A stretch of DNA of 64,000 bases from assembly GCA_000388065.2 (NCBI GenBank), contig KB932209.1; one strand, given 5' to 3'. The notes under the pieces were generated by a model. It saw nothing but the letters and a program-made list of their open reading frames with translations. It made no database searches and had not been told where the DNA came from. Source of the DNA: Fonticula alba ATCC 38817. Its lineage: Eukaryota > Protista > Nucleariida. This document shows, piece after piece, positions 62,008 through 64,000 of this stretch. Both the position numbers and the translations under genes were made by a program. Within the stretch, counting starts at the first letter, position 1; every line of letters begins with the position of its first letter.

Positions 62008-63959
62008 ATGTCCTCCCCGCCGCCTTTCCGGTTTCCCCCTTCACACCGGGGGCCACCGCGCGGCCCCGGGCAGCCGTCGCCCTTCCCGAGCGGCCGGTCG
62101 AACTCCACCCCGGCCGACCCGGCCGAGGCTGTCCGCCTGACCAATGACGATGCGCAATTCAGCAAACTGTGCGTCCTTCCTCGGCGACCGAGGGCGCTTG
62201 TGCCGGCTTGCCTGTGGCCCTCATGCCGGCCCGGATGCTGACCGTTCGCCATGGCCCTCTCCCCGTGCTCCTGGTCCCTGGCTGAAGGTCCGCCATGCGC
62301 TCTGGCTACTTCATTGACGACTACTTGCCCTTTTTCATGCAGCCGCTGTCCGGCGATGCCGGCCCCGAGGCGGTGATCTCGACGGCCGAGGGGTCGGCTC
62401 GGATCGACCCCGGGTGCGTCCACTCGCGCCTCACCCGGCCGGCATTTGCCTTGCGGCAGGTGGCCTACCCGGACCGGCGTCCGCCGGTCATCAACCGCGG
62501 GACGTACATCCGTGTGAGGCTCTTCGACTGGGCCGTTGAGGCTTTTCTCCGGCAGCCGGGCGTCGGCCCGGGGTCTCTTCAAGTGGTCAGCATCGGCGCC
62601 GGCTTTGACACCCGGCCCTTCTACCTGTCGGTATGTGCACGGCCGGTGCCTCGCGCGCCCCCCCCCCCCCCCCCCTGCCCGGGGCTCCTGCCCTTCCTGC
62701 CACGCCCCGGCCGTCGGGATCTAACCTGCCCCGCCCGGATGCCCGAAGGCTGGTGCCCGGGAAAACCTCCGCACCTACGTGGAGGTGGACTTCCCGGAGG
62801 TGGTCGCGCGCAAGATGGCCGCCATGCAGCAGGCCGACCACTTTGCCCAAACCCAGGGCCTGGACTTGCCCTTTGCCTCGGTCTATGGTCCGCTTCACGC
62901 GTCTGCCGCTGGTATGTGTCGATCGCTCGCAGGGCCCCGCGGCCTCTGTGGGCTCGCATCCCCCGCCGATGTGCCTTCCCTCCCCGCCCCGCCCCCTCTG
63001 ACATGTGATCCTCGTGGCCGGGCGCCACAGATGGCGACCTGCCATTGAGCTTGACTTCCGAGAAGTATGCCCTGGTGGCGGCGGATGCCGCGGACACGGC
63101 GGCCCTTGGACGTGCCCTTTTCGACGTGGCACGTCTCGATCGCCACCGGCCGACCCTCTTCCTGTTCGAGTGTGTCATGGTGTACATCCGCCCGGCCGCG
63201 GCGGATGGCTTGTTTGCCTGGCTGGTGGCCCCCGACACTGGGTTCAGCTCGGTGGGCATGCTGCTCTTCGAGATGATCGGCGGCGGGGACCACTTTGGCG
63301 AGATGATGGTGAAGAATTTGAAGGTGCGCTCCTGGGCTGTCTCCGTGTCCATTGTCCGCCTCCTGGCCCGTGTCTCACGCTCTGTCCTCTCGCTTCTCGA
63401 ATGCGGGAATACGTCTGCCCGCCCGGCGGCCTGCCCGCACGCGCCATTCACCTCCCCCCGGCACACCTCCACCGTGGCCGCCGTGTCGTGGACACAGTCT
63501 CGCAACATTCAACTGCCCGGGCTGCTGGATGACCTTGGGGCACATCGGGCGCGCCTCCAGCGGGCCGGCTTCCTCCAGACCCCGAGCCGTCGGACTGGCT
63601 TTGCCGGGTTCAACCTGCACGAGTTGTTCGCACGGGTGGTCTCCCGAGCGGAGCTCCGCCGGTTGAATACCCTCGAGCCATTGGACGAGGTGGAGGAGTG
63701 GGCCCTCCTCATGTCGCACTATGTCATGTACTGCGGGTATTCCGAGGCGGAGGCGGCCGGTGCCAAGTCCGCCACGCAGCAGGTCGCCCACCCGTGGGAG
63801 GCCTTCCAGCAGCGGTGCTTCGCCCAAGGGTGCCTGGAATCGCGCAGCATCGACCGAGCGGCGGCCGATCCGGCCCTCGGTCCCATTCCGGGCGGGCGTC
63901 TCCCGGACGGCGGCCGGACCGGCGGCCGCCTGTCCTTCCGGGCCCCGTCGCCGCCGTGA
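62008..63959 (+). CDS. LCMT1: Leucine carboxyl methyltransferase (PP2A C-terminal methyltransferase); exons 62008-62168, 62288-62630, 62749-62911, ~63031-63323, ~63499-63959
   Basis: AVRLTNDDAQFSKLSAMRSGYFIDDY, PVINRGTYIR, QVVSIGAGFDTRPF, YVEVDFPEVV, PTLFLFECVMVYI, FGEMMVKNLK, LEPLDEVEEWALLMSHY match LCMT1/Ppm1. Confidence 0.94.
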
Positions 63960-64000
63960 AGGGGTCCCCGTGTGCGGGGATGGATTTTTGGGCGCGACGC

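Noticed and set aside
1-64000. CRISPR arrays, transposons, prophage, operons or defence systems
   Set aside because: The DNA is eukaryotic and spliced. I saw no repeat-spacer array and no transposase, reverse transcriptase or integrase motifs. The repeats are microsatellites or assembly overlaps.

Overview
Eukaryotic, very GC-rich, intron-rich draft genomic DNA with dense microsatellites, poly-G/C runs and many N gaps. The gene set and style suggest a holomycotan/opisthokont protist, possibly Fonticula alba (inference only). Ten spliced protein-coding genes can be reconstructed with GT-AG introns: eIF6, an Rck2/Srk1-like CAMK-group kinase with a very long polyQ tail, a ~15.5 kb neurofibromin-like RasGAP, EAF7/MRGBP, GCN5, NOP56, a GH38 alpha-mannosidase, dynein light chain LC8, an SLC25 carrier and LCMT1/PPM1. 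Two weaker calls are an SRPBCC/AHSA1-like protein and an LYR-motif protein. I saw no rRNA, tRNA, CRISPR array or transposon, and no clearly new multi-gene system. The best novelty leads are a possible spliced small ORF overlapping the GCN5 5' end next to EAF7, two genes that each need a -1 frame change at a G-run, a bacterial-like SRPBCC gene, and a hairpin-rich stretch at 1-149. Several oddities are assembly artefacts: an Illumina adapter inside GCN5 and duplicated contig ends around gaps. All exon boundaries were inferred by eye.
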